A stretch of DNA of 64,000 nucleotides from Octopus sinensis (GCF_006345805.1 NC_042997.1:95232001-95296000), one strand, 5' to 3'. Positions 1-11,575 are shown, counted from the first letter of the stretch. Numbers and translations are program-made. The notes: generated by a model not told the origin, from the sequence alone.

Positions 1-545
1 TGTACGATCTTGTGTGTGTGTGTATGTGTGTGTACCTGTGAGTGTTTGTTCTGCTCGTTGGAATTGTATTGCGTGTGTATATGTGTGTGTGTGTTTTTCT
101 TTCAGTGTATGTGTTTTTTTTACTGAGGAATGGACATATTGTGTCTGTGTGTATATATACGTGTGTGTGTGTGAGGGGGTTATATTTGTGTGTATTTGTG
201 TGTGTATCTGTGTATGTGTGGGTGTTTTTTGTGTGAGTGTATCTTGTAATTGTCAGAGCCGTGTGTGTAAGAGTGTGCACGTCTGTGTTGTGTTTATCGA
301 TGTGTGTATGTGAGTGTGTGCCTGTGATTATTTGCTGTGATTGCTAGACTCGTGTCGCATATGTGTTTGTGCTCGATAGAGGGGATATTGTGTTTGTGCG
401 AGTGTGTATACATGTATGTGTGTGTTGGCGGTTGCATTGTATTTGTACGTGTGCTCCTACAGGTATCTGTGTGTTTCTTGTGGATGTATTCATACACGAG
501 GGGTAGGGGTATTGTGTTTATGTGTCGGCAGTCCAAGTATATTTT
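1..545. repeat. Degenerate (TG)n/(CA)n low-complexity tract
   Basis: Interrupted TG dinucleotide array; the overlapping ORFs are V/C/Y-rich repeat translations. Confidence 0.9.
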
Positions 546-724
546 TAAGATGTTGGAGTAATTTATTTTACTACCTATTTTGAACATTTTTATGTAAACA
601 GTTTAAACACACAGACCCTTTCAACATTTTCTTATCATTGTCAAAGACTCTAGCACTGTTTCTTGATACAGTTATATTAGCCATTTATCAACACCACAAA
701 GGCTACACAAAGCCTTCTATTTTA

Positions 725-767
725 CTTTCGAAAATCTTTGTTTTTAAAATGTGAAACCGGTCAAGTC
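725..767 (+). ncRNA. Degenerate minimal type I hammerhead-like motif (U3:A8 type)
   Basis: actt-TCGAAAA-(poorly paired stem II)-GAAAC-CG-GTC-aagt; stem I actt/aagt and palindromic ACCGGT stem III are intact, U4 is changed to C. Confidence 0.35.
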
Positions 768-861
768 AATAAACATATTTAAAATACATCTACATTTTCA
801 CATCCTCTTCTCTATACAAACACACACAAACACACACATATACACGCACACATAAAAATTT

Positions 862-1166
862 AAAGTATAATGATAAACATATAATTATAAATAAGGGCGA
901 AGGAGGAACGCTTGAAATAGACGTCAAACGACTACAAACGACTTCAATTAACGCTTTGTTTATCACAAGGCTGTATACCAAGAAAATGAACAACAAAAGG
1001 ATTTAATATTTTTATAAATTTTTTTCTCCATTTCCCCCGCAAAAAGCCACATGATCAACGGAGTGCTAATTTAAGTGGTTTGTAGGCGTTTGACGTCCAT
1101 TTCAAGAGTACAGTTGCACTCCCGCCGGCGTCCTTATTTATAATCATATATTTATTATTATACTTT
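862..1166. mobile_element. Foldback/MITE-like element with long imperfect inverted arms
   Basis: 862-965 is an imperfect reverse complement of 1052-1166 (gacgtcaaacgactacaaac vs gtttgtaggcgtttgacgtc), spacer about 85 bp. Confidence 0.55.
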
Positions 1167-1317
1167 GAATATCAGTTTAACTTATATGGATTTTTGTACG
1201 CTGGCCACTGATAAATCATCAATTAATGACTATCCTAATTATGTATGTATGTATGTATGTATATATATAATTGTGTATGTGTGTGTGTATTTATATAAGT
1301 ATATTTTATGCACATAC

Positions 1318-1321
1318 AGAT

Positions 1322-1389
<68 letters not shown>
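1318..1389. repeat. (TA)n microsatellite
   Basis: Direct inspection. Confidence 0.95.
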
Positions 1390-1391
<2 letters not shown>

Positions 1392-1437
1392 TCAATAAAT
1401 GGTGGGGTTGTGTTGACCGCACGTGGAGAAATGATAA

Positions 1438-2503
1438 GCAAGGAAAAATTTTTTTTAAAATGCAGAATGCTCAAATGAAAGAAAATTTTAATAAAATGAG
1501 AAATTGATAAAATATATAAATATATATTTATTCAACCGGTTTTCGTCATTGTATGACTTGTCAAGAATATTTATGTTTAAAAAGTTTTTTAAAAATTAGA
1601 AAGGGGAAAAAAAGAAAATTGCATTGTTTTTTGCAAAAGAATAATGATAAAAATGTACAAAAATTAAAAAATAAGTACTCCGATACATTGTGAGTTCGTT
1701 GTGTATCTTGAGTTTAATGATTGTTCACGAAAAAATTACCTTGAGGTATTAGGATCCAAAGGGATTAAGAGCATGTGTTGTTTGGTTTAATTCAGGATGT
1801 TGGCAGGACAGGAAGTAGTAGTAATTGTGGTTCTTCAGTTCCTGTGTTGTGAGTAAGGGGAGACAACTCTTTTGAGTTCTTCAATAAGAGCTGTTGGTAA
1901 AACCCAAATTATAAAATTATCATTTTAGCTTCATTTGCGTTTTCTTTTTTATATAATTGCTTGTTAACTTAACTTTCATATTTTAACACTTTATTTATAT
2001 TATTTTCTAATTATGGAGAGAATTAACAAGGAGAATCTCTTTATTGAAAAATTCCAAACACAACTTAATATGCAAACTCCTCGTTGATCAAACTTCCTTT
2101 TTCTACCTCACTCTTCATGGATGGACTAACACAAATATATAAAATACCATGCATTCATCACTTCAAGCTAAAACTTATATTCTTTAAATATCATTTTTAC
2201 TATTGTTGTTATTACTATCATTTTTATTTTAAATGATATGACAATCTGAAATGCAATTGTCTATGCAGATTTACATAATTAGAAAATAATATAAATAAAG
2301 TGTTAAAATCTGAAAGTTAAGTTAACAAGCAATTATATAAAAAAGATAAGGCAAATGAAGCGAAAATGATAATTTTATAACTTGGGTTTTACCAACAGCC
2401 CTTATTGAAGAACTCAAAAGAGTTGTCTCCCCTTTATCAATTTCTCATTTTATTAAAATTTTCTTTCATTTGAGCATTCTGCATTTAAAAAAATTTTTCG
2501 TTG

Positions 2504-2505
<2 letters not shown>
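1438..2505. mobile_element. Penelope-like terminal-repeat remnant with inverted partial copy
   Basis: The reverse complement of 2345-2505 matches 1438-1511 joined to 1856-1945; a hammerhead lies at 1529-1569. Inverted terminal repeats with HHRs are typical of PLEs. Confidence 0.5.
1529..1569 (-). ncRNA. Minimal type I hammerhead ribozyme, U3:A8 variant
   Basis: Minus strand: tattc-TTGACAA-gtca-tacaa-tgac-GAAAA-CCG-GTT-gaata. Perfect 5-bp stem I and 4-bp stem II; one extra A in the GAAA run. Confidence 0.6.
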
Positions 2506-2573
<68 letters not shown>

Positions 2574-2616
2574 ATGCGTATGTGTATGATACACACACAC
2601 ACACACACACGCACAC

Positions 2617-2650
<34 letters not shown>

Positions 2651-2652
2651 GA

Positions 2653-2738
<86 letters not shown>

Positions 2739-2832
2739 CAGATATATAGATAGATATATAGATAGATAGATATAGATAGATAGATACATACACACACACA
2801 CACACCATATATATATATATATATATATATAT
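2505..2832. repeat. Compound (TA)n/(CA)n/(TAGA)n microsatellite
   Basis: Direct inspection; TAGA array about 2684-2785. Confidence 0.95.
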
Positions 2833-3098
2833 GAACAATGTGGGACACACATAAGATTTTGCTAGATTGTGCGTAGGCTATGCTTATAGGCGTAAAAGTT
2901 TATATTCTGTTCAATGTGTCTGGTGTTCAAACACTGGGAAATCGTAGAAAAGCGATGTAACTCGCATCAGATTCCATTCAGGAGTAACTGACATCGATGT
3001 TTCTTCATTTTTCTGATTTCTCCATACCGTGTATCTGAATCAAGGCCCGATGTTTACTAAGTCGCTATCCATAGCTGTATACAAACGTGTGTGATAAA

Positions 3099-3252
3099 CA
3101 TCTGCTGGTATGTCCCAACGTTTCAGGAGAGATAGAGCTCGATATTTCGTTATTTTTGTGACTTGTCGATACCGCGTTCTCGAAAGGAGCTGTTTTTACC
3201 TGATACTTGATTTTTTCTCGTGGCATGAAACTTTGGGACATACCAGCAGATG
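3099..3252. repeat. 27-bp inverted repeat pair (one mismatch)
   Basis: catctgctggtatgtcccaacgtttca (3099-3125) vs tgaaactttgggacataccagcagatg (3226-3252). Confidence 0.85.
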
Positions 3253-3439
3253 GTTCTTAAAATATTTTGCCCATAGTTTTAGTCAACGATTTAACTTAAA
3301 TCGGATCTGTTGTAATTTGGAGATCTTAGTATCTCAAAACTTTACGAACATGATTTTCAATAATGATTGCTGAGGTGTGGACTGCATTATGAAAAGTCAA
3401 ATGGTCGTAGACACTATACATCGCCTTCCTTATCCTCTT

Positions 3440-3890
3440 TCTCCTTTTCCTTCCCCTTCTCCTCCTCCTCCTCCTCTTGATCATCATCAAGAACACTACC
3501 AGCAAACCATAGCCGTCAAAATTATTCCCTCTGTCCCTCAAGTATAAAACACTATCATATCATTGACATTTTTGCCATGGTCATTACCGCAACTATTGCA
3601 ATCATCATGCTAACCAACATCACAATAAACCAACATTTACCATTAAAATAATAACAAGCATTAGAGCAGTCATCAGAAATTTATGATCACAATGAACATC
3701 ATTGCAGTTTTTATCATCTTCATCACCACCATTCTATCTCAACACCGCAATAACGCCATCAATATTCTGAACAATACCATTGCCATCAGTGCTATATCAG
3801 TCATCTCCAACACTAACTTCCACATCATCATCGTCGTCGTCGTCGTCATCATCATCATCATCATCATTATCATCACCACCATCTCATTTT
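3440..3890. repeat. Degenerate (CCT)n/(CAT)n/(CGT)n triplet low-complexity tract
   Basis: Direct inspection; explains the poly-R, poly-I and poly-M ORFs. Confidence 0.85.
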
Positions 3891-4244
3891 TAGTATTAAC
3901 AGTAACTGCTGTCGGCATTACACTTATCCTCTTAATCAATTCTCTGACGCAATCTTTACTTGCAGTCTTCGATTCTAGAAGACCTTTCTCATTAAGTAAA
4001 ATGATTATAATTTCTCATCGGCTTCGCTAAAATTCTCTTCTTTTTTTTATTCCCACAGCTCCCCTACCACAGTATGTGATTTCCCACGCTGCTCTTTTGT
4101 TAGTCTCTATTATTCGTAACAGATTTATCTTGTCTGTGAACTAAAACTATTTTGTTTCCTCCTGCTATTTTCAACGGAAAACTATATTTTTTTGATCACC
4201 TGTTAATTTTACCTTTTCTCTATCTGGACTGGTCAAGAAGCATG

Positions 4245-4619
4245 CAGTAATACCTCGACTTCCAAAACGCCTGCGATAGGTGAAATTCCATGAAGTAAAA
4301 CAGTACTGTATATTTTTAGTTGTAGTTATGTAATTAGTAACTATTTATTTCATAAATACAAAACAACACCACACACTCGCCTCCCGACTTTCGTCTTCCA
4401 TACAGTATGTGCGATTCTTTGTTTACGGTGCATTATGCATTTTCTTATAATATATTTTAATTATGTTATGCAGTGCAAGAGTGTACTGTATTTGTACCTA
4501 ATAATTTATTAACTTTTAGGCGTGAATATGCTTATTTTATCACAGAAATAATTAAAATCTAGAAAATATAAATACCTATCGGCAGCTTAAAGTCGCGATA
4601 AACCTTGGAGGCCACAATA
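4245..4619. mobile_element. Possible non-autonomous Tigger/pogo-like element remnant
   Basis: Left end cagtaatacctcga...cgcctgcgataggtgaaatt and a degenerate right end tcgcgataaaccttggaggccacaata resemble Tigger-type termini; right TIR poorly conserved. Confidence 0.35.
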
Positions 4620-4774
4620 TAAATTTACATATATTTGCCAGAAAAATCCGTGATGTACTAAGCGCGCGATAGACGAGTGAATATTGTATTCATATCACGT
4701 CTCCTCTTAACCATCCCTTCTATTCGACTGTTCCGTCGTCTTACTCCCAGCAGTTCCTCACTACCCCACTCTGT

Positions 4775-5270
4775 TCCCTTTATATTTTAAACACACAAAT
4801 TCCAAGAACAAAACGCACACATATAGAGATATATTCACATACTTCCCTTGTAAACGCACACACATACACACATATACTCACACATATTTGAAACGCTATC
4901 TGATTTTTCGTTTCATGATTATTGAAATTATTACACATCTCAATGTTATCTAATGGTTGTATTTTGAGATGTGACATCGATCATCGTTTGTTACTGAAAG
5001 AACGCTGGTTCACACATATAAACGTTCACATACTTTCGTTGTACACGCACATATGTACACAAATATACTCACACAGAATTGAAATGCTGCTTGATATTTC
5101 TTTTCAGCGTTGAATGTTTGCCATCCTACTTCTATTGCGCAGACAGGCACACACACACACACACAAAATTCTACACACTCACACGCAGGCATACACACAA
5201 ACATTCACATACCTCCCTTTCACATATACACACATATACTCACAGAGTTGAAACGCTGTTGATCTTCCCC
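4775..5270. repeat. Three diverged tandem copies of a roughly 170-240 bp unit
   Basis: The motif ttcacatac...catatactcacac...ttgaaa(c/t)gct recurs near 4835-4895, 5025-5090 and 5203-5260. Confidence 0.7.
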
Positions 5271-5424
5271 CGTAGAATTTCCACCATCACTCTACCAGTT
5301 TGCCATACCGAGTTCTTTTTCATCTACCATCCCCTTCCTTTCTCATTCATATGTTGTGACGGAGAAAAACAGAAGAGTATTATTATCGTAGAAGATACTC
5401 TTCTTCTTCTTCTTGACAGAATTG

Positions 5425-5580
5425 TTACCGCGCCAGGTAAAATGCTTCGCATTTCGTTGTCTTTACGTTCTGAGTCCGAATTCCGCCGAGGTCAAACTTG
5501 CCTTCCAGCCTTTCGGGGTCGATAAATTAGATGTAATCGGTATTCCCCTCCCACAAAATTTCAGGCCTTGTGCCTTTAGT
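5425..5580 (+). mobile_element. SINE family B, 5'-truncated and internally deleted copy
   Basis: Shares gttctgagt...aattccgccgaggtc...gccttt...cctttcggggtcgataaatt with the copy at 37668. Confidence 0.8.
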
Positions 5581-5605
5581 AGAAAGGTTTCCTATTGTTA
5601 CAAAA

Positions 5606-5816
5606 ACGGCGAGCTGGCAGAATCATTAGCACGGATGTGAAATGCGCAGCGATATTTCGTTCGCGTTAACGTTCTGAGTTCCTATTCGGCCGAGGTAATC
5701 TTTGAAGTTTTAGTCCTTTAAAGTTGATAAAATAAGAACCAATTGAGTACGAGAGTTGATGTAATCGACTATACCCCTCCCCACAAATTCCAGGCTTTGT
5801 GCCTACAGTTATAAGG

Positions 5817-5867
<51 letters not shown>

Positions 5868-5895
5868 GTTATTGTTGTTGTTGCTGATGTTGTTG

Positions 5896-5943
<48 letters not shown>
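5606..5943 (+). mobile_element. SINE family B copy with (TTA)n tail
   Basis: Head cggcgagctggcagaatcattagcac (A-box-like TGGCAGAA), family body, then (TTA/TTG)n from 5818 to 5943. Confidence 0.85.
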
Positions 5944-5944
<1 letters not shown>

Positions 5945-6284
5945 GGCCGTAGGAGCTCCGTAAATTGTGTTTAATCAAGTATTGCGGCTGTTTGCAACCT
6001 TTCCATTCAAAACTTTAATCAGCAAGTATTTGACTTGCATTGTCTGGATCGTAGTGGAAACAGTTTGTGTAATTGCATCTCCTTTTTGAGGGTGTAATAA
6101 TTGTTTAGCAGTTTTGCATTTTGGTGAAGACAGGATTTTGTTAATTTTTCCAATTTTAAAACAATGTCGGAATACAAAGAAATAATAATAATCCACCAAG
6201 AGCAGCGTTCTGTTGATAGAAAACAAATGCAGCCGAAGGTAAAATAAATTTCTCGCCAAAGAGAAATATAATTTCCTCTTGTTG

Positions 6285-6520
6285 CTATGACGACAGCAAC
6301 AGGTGCAAAAGTACCAGCAGCAGCGATAATGAAAGGCGTTGACTACAGCAGCAGCAACAATGTGACAGCAGCAGCAAAAGCACTTCCACCACCGCCACCA
6401 TCACCACCACCATCACTACCACCATCACCACCACCACCATCACCACCATCACCACCACCACCATCGCCTCCACCGCCACCACAAAAGCAATAACAAAACT
6501 GTATCAACAACAACAGCAAC
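6285..6520. repeat. (CAG)n/(CCA)n/(CAA)n triplet low-complexity tract
   Basis: Direct inspection; source of the poly-Pro and poly-Gly ORFs. Confidence 0.85.
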
Positions 6521-6629
6521 AAGATGTACAAGATCGCAAACATGAAAAGTAACATGAACAAGATTGAAAGCTGAGCGCTGTGAAAGTCTGATGACTTCAG
6601 CTGAATTTCAGGATACTCTTGTCGGTTAG

Positions 6630-7460
6630 ATGAGGCACAAATCACCCGGTTTAGATGCTCTGAGCTATGAACTTTACGTTAAAATGCGAGACTTGCTCAT
6701 CGATCTCGAAGTGCTTTATTGTAACTGGCTGCAGAACGGGAGTATTTCCAATACTGTGAGCCGGGGAGTAGAGACGCTGATAAGGAAAGACAGAAACAAG
6801 AGGGACACATTAAATAACTTTAGGCCCATAACGCTGCTTAACATTGAGTTTAAAATTTTGACCAAGGTTAGGGTTAGGTTTGGCGTTGGCGCTTGTCGTC
6901 AAGGATATGGTTGGGGAAGAGCGAACCTCCACAATCCTGATTAGATCCATATACAACCTCCACCTCATGTGATACATCATAGAAACGGCAGAGTGTAGAT
7001 CTGGCTTCGGTGGGGCGCTGATCAAGAATAAGAATTGGGAGGAGGTGGCGAGCAGGGTACCCAGTCTCACCTAAAAAGGGCGACGAGGAAGCTGTCAGTG
7101 AAAAGTCGAGCGAAGGGGGCGAATGCGTACACCACGTCCTTTATCTACTACCATTTGAACGTCGTATCTTGACCCCGTTCGCGCCTCACCAAGTTGGAGC
7201 GCGTCCTCTTCAAATTCTTGAAGACATACATGTTCCATTAGTGAGGCGGTACACATGCTACCAACACCCTCTATGCGGAGGGCTGAGCAAGCCGTGGTTA
7301 ATAATGCTGCGGCATCTCCAGATATTCCGCTTAAATGGTAAACAAGTGTGGTCGCTGTTTGTCAATAAGGCTTTTCCCCAGCTCGTCTCCATTACTGAGC
7401 TGCAATCTTGGGTAAAGAAGAGACCCGGCCAGTTTTGGCCTCTGAGGACAACCCCAACAG
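6630..7460 (+). mobile_element. L1/Tx1-clade LINE ORF2 fragment, RT core deleted
   Basis: KSPGLDALSYELY...W..NGSI...LIRK...NNFRPITLLNIEFKILTK (pre-RT motifs), then NWEEV...RKLSVKSRA...HPLCGGL (post-RT region); frameshifted. Confidence 0.85.
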
Positions 7461-7479
7461 AATAAAATTTATGTCTAAT

Positions 7480-7900
7480 AAATCTAAGATTAAGAATTCT
7501 ATATACCAATGTAAAATTTCTTGAGGTACCGATGTCTATTTCTTCATTCGTGCGTCCTCTTTCCAGTTATCTAAGAGAATTTCCAATCATTATTCTTCAT
7601 TTAGGGATAACAGTAAACGTTATAGCACAGGGCTAAGTAAATTGGTTTGGTATCTTTAAGACAACAATAATGATTTTGTAACATTTGCAGCTCTAAACTC
7701 TTCCATATCCTCTTCTCTAAGAATCACCTCGTTAACACACTTATTGAGCGATTTTACAAATGTAAGCATTGGCAGAAACCTACCTTTAAGCTCATATAAG
7801 TGATTTTACCAGTCTGTATAGTTTGAACATTTTTTCAACCAATATATCCATCTTTATTTGTTCTCTACTTATTAATTCTTTATCCCTTCTCTTCCTATAG
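7480..7900 (-). mobile_element. Degenerate Penelope-like GIY-YIG coding remnant
   Basis: Minus-strand pieces LKDTKPIYL and EIDIGTSRNF resemble PLE LKD..P..L and YIG.T.R motifs; adjacent to the HHR at 8019. Confidence 0.4.
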
Positions 7901-8018
7901 TCTGCCTTTGACGCTCGGATCTACTAACATTTTTTTTAATACTTAATAGCGTTCTATTTATCATTTATGCAGTCATCAAAATTGTCATAATGTCTTGTTG
8001 TTGAGATTGTTTCTCCTT

Positions 8019-8102
8019 CTTTCCTGATGAGAAGATAACATTATTTTACGCGGTTTATTCCTTTGGAATAAAACCAGTGTTGCCTTCGAAACATGTCGGA
8101 AG
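8019..8102 (+). ncRNA. Type I hammerhead ribozyme with extended stem II
   Basis: ctttc-CTGATGA-gaagataaca...tgttgccttc-GAAAC-AT-GTC-ggaag. Intact core, 5-bp stem I, inner hairpin ggtttattcc/ggaataaaacc, palindromic ACATGT stem III, GUC site after 8097. Confidence 0.8.
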
Positions 8103-9226
8103 TAAAAGAATTTGAATAACGCTTGCGTTCAACTCTATTTTTTTTACTTATACTATACAACTTGCTGCACATTAACCCGGGGTTTCTACCTTTGAATAGG
8201 TCGCTACATCCTTGTTACTTGCGTGAATTTTGCTACCCTGGTATCTGTTTATTGAATTTTCCATGTTAACGTTAAACAAAGAATAATTCATTCGTCCATT
8301 TATACACACACACACACACACACATGCACACACACATATACATATATACACATACACACACACATATATATAAATTGATATATTTCAGTATATACATACA
8401 TATATATACGAAATATGTGCATATCCATAAACCAATATATAAATAAATATGGACATGCATATATATTTGCATGCATGTATGTATTTACGTATGCATGTAT
8501 GTATGTGCATATATGTGTGTTGGTGGGGATATGTGCCTATATATATGTGTGTGTGTGTGTGTGATACTATGTATGATCTGAATTTAAGCTGAATTCGCGT
8601 TTCATCTTTTACAATTGCTGAAGTTGAACCCAATCATATACACGATATTTTTACACGACATTTCTTCACACATAATTCAACTCAGAACTGTATACTACCT
8701 TCTATATAGAGATGTAATTAGAGAGTATTATGCAATGGAATAGCTGATAATATATCGTTCATTATTCGGCTTCTTTCATCCGAATCTGAATTTCATATCC
8801 ACATCAATTGCAATCCGAACATATATGTTCCTGTTGATTCATGCTCAATATTACGCTATTTTTTCATACCTGAATTTCGACCTTGTTATTATACAAAGAA
8901 GCACAATTGTGTATTTCTCACGCTAAATGTTATAAAGAAAGCCTATATTTCCAGCATCAAGTTGACGCTGTATTTTTCATGCGTAACAGATTTCTAACAA
9001 ATCCGGTAATAATTAGTTACTTCTCTGAATGAAATACAAGTACATCAATTGGCGTAATATATACTTGTTACGTATGTAATACCAACGGACGAAAATGAAT
9101 GCCTTATCTACTTTTCAATACGCTTATTATCATCCTTTGATGTCAAATAGTATATATATATATATATATTATATATATATATATATATATACGTACATAT
9201 GCGTAATCACATTTTCACGTAGATAT

Positions 9227-9274
<48 letters not shown>

Positions 9275-9949
9275 ATATATATATGTATATTCTATATTAA
9301 TTATATAAAAGTAATGAAACACGACATATGCAACAGCGTTCTGAGAATCAAGCATCCATACATGTGTTTACAGAACGATAAAACATCACCACGCGCATGC
9401 GTATATAATATCAGTACAAATGCTCATTGAGATTTTTCCTCTTCAAAACATTCACATTCAGGTATATCTAAATCTAAATCTGCGTTTGGTTTCACATATA
9501 CGCATGCATGTGTATGTGTGCGTGAGGCAGACAGGGAGGGAGGAAGAGAGGGAGAGAGAGAGTGGGACAGAGAGAGAAGAAATTGTTTATAATATACATT
9601 ATAATTGTATATTTCGCTTTCCTCTGTGTATTAAACAGGTAAATAATCTCAGAAGTGTTTCCGTACTCTCCGATGAAATTGATAATGCTTTTGACATATC
9701 TGGCCTTCCTTAAGTTACCATTGCCATCTTATACTTCACATTTCAACTTCCCTAAATAACAATTTGTATAGTTTTCCATGAAATAATTAATACCGATTTC
9801 TCAATACATATCAAATTCTCGCAAATAAATCACATTCTGTCGCAGTCATAGACACGCACGTATGCTCATATATGTATATATATATATTAAATACAAATAA
9901 TTAAATGAAAGAAGTGACGTAGGAGGTACGATGCATACCCTACGCGTAC

Positions 9950-10222
9950 AAAAGGATAAAATAAAATTCAATTTAATAATCTCTGAGGAATTCAGATTTC
10001 AGCAAATGACATCGAAAGTTATTTCTCCTGCATATGCAAAAGGAAATTTAAAAAATGTTTGATTCACCAAACCAAAATTTAATGAGTTGGAGCTACTGAC
10101 CCAATGAATATTCCTGCAAAATTTGGTGACAACCTGTTCAGCCGTTTTCTAGTAATTTTGCAAACATGCAAAGACGAGCGACTATAAATATGCTGCTCTC
10201 GCTTACCCGCACAGGGTAATAA
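9950..10222 (+). mobile_element. Possible non-autonomous Helitron/Helentron-type remnant
   Basis: aaatttggtgacaacctgttcagccgttttctagtaattttgcaaaca and the terminal acccgcacagggtaataa resemble ends of non-autonomous rolling-circle elements. Confidence 0.3.
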
Positions 10223-10620
10223 GTTATTTCGCTGACATTCAAATCCGAGGCATTCTCTAGGTAAGATTTATATCTAGAAATGAGTTACATGTAAATTCTA
10301 TGTATCAGTTGGTATAACGGAATTATTGTGGACGTTGTGATTTAGATTACAACCTTAGATATGATTAACGTAATCAAAATGCGATGATGCTACCGTTTCT
10401 ATTATGGAAAGAGTGACGTTATACACACGCGCACACACAAACACACACGTTTCCACACATATATATTCGCACAATTATTCATATAAATATACGTATAAAA
10501 GAAGTATATACGTATATGTGTGTATATATGTGTATATGTATGAATATATATGTATACTTATACAGATGCATAAATACATACACACACGCACGTACACACC
10601 CATAGACACACGCACACATA

Positions 10621-11575
10621 TTTGCAAACTTCAGAATAAATTATAATCTGAAGGAGCAAGGTCAGGATACTACGGTGAATGTCGAAACCTTTCCCAAATT
10701 AGCTTAGGACATGTGATTCCTGCGCTGTGAGGTCTAGGATTGTTATAATGGAAAATGACACACTGTCAATTGACTAGGTACCACCGTTTTTCAGTTAGTT
10801 CTTCATTTAATTTACCAATTTGTTCACAGTACACTTGAGCTGTAATTTTCTGGTTTTGTGTCAAGGTTTCAAAGTGTATTACACCAACCATTTCCGCTTA
10901 ACAAAGCTTTCCGAGAAGTAAGATCTTGTTTTCGATGGGGTCTTACTTGTTCTTCTTGTTGAAACCATTGACGTCGGCGTTAAATATTCTTACAGAGAAT
11001 TCTTTCATCGTCGATCACCGGAGAGCTAAAAATCGGAATTTCTGTTTTTCGTGTGAATAAAGTGCAATACAGATATTAACACGTAATTTTCGATTGTTTA
11101 CATTGAGTTCATATGGAACCCGCTTGCCAAGCTTAGACACGGTCCCAATTTCTAGCAGATGGCAATGGGCAGTTGATGACGATGAACTAACCTCTTCTGC
11201 TAACTCTTCAGCAGTTGCATATGGATTTCTTTCAGTAGCGGTTTTCAAAACATCATTAGCAAAAGGAGACAGGGCACCTAGAGCAGCGAAAATCTATCTT
11301 GCTAAAGTCTCCTTGCTGAAATTTATGTAACCATCGTTGACACTTGCGAATGTTCAAAACACTTTCACCATACACTTCTTGCAAATTTGTTACAGCATTT
11401 GATGCATTGCTGCCTTTTTTATACTCGTAAGGCGTGATGTTTCTAATGTGCTCCTTTATGACCTCCATGTTCACATGGGGCTGTTAAAACAACAGATTAC
11501 TGTGTGTCTGCAAGCCAGTATCTATCTAAATGAAACATTCCTTACTGTGATATTTATGCACCCATGAGAAAAAAT
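10621..11575 (-). mobile_element. Mariner (Tc1/mariner) transposon, pseudogenised transposase
   Basis: HTH region (KEHIRN...GSNASNA...VYGE...QRWLHKFQQGDFS), KLGKRVPYEL (WVPHEL), VIDDE (TGDE), HYNNPRPH (HDNARPH) and YPDLAPSDY (SPDLAPSDY), with stops and frameshifts; TIR-like gggtgcataaat near 11550-11572; 3' end truncated. Confidence 0.9.

Noticed and set aside
14-587. Long ORFs rich in V/C/Y/I/H/T here and throughout the ORF track
   Set aside because: They are translations of (TG)n, (TA)n and (CA)n repeats that lack stop codons by composition.
6287-6493. Poly-proline ORF resembling formin or extensin
   Set aside because: It is a (CCA)n/(CAG)n microsatellite with no flanking domain or splice support.
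6585-6615. ctgatga followed by a ttca/tgaa hairpin
   Set aside because: No GAAA or NUH follows; not a hammerhead.
6865-6880. Telomere-like ggttagggttagg
   Set aside because: Only two units, inside decayed LINE coding sequence; not an interstitial telomere.
10645-10695. ctgaagga...cgaaac, hammerhead-like
   Set aside because: It is the reverse complement of mariner PDLAPSD codons; no stems form.
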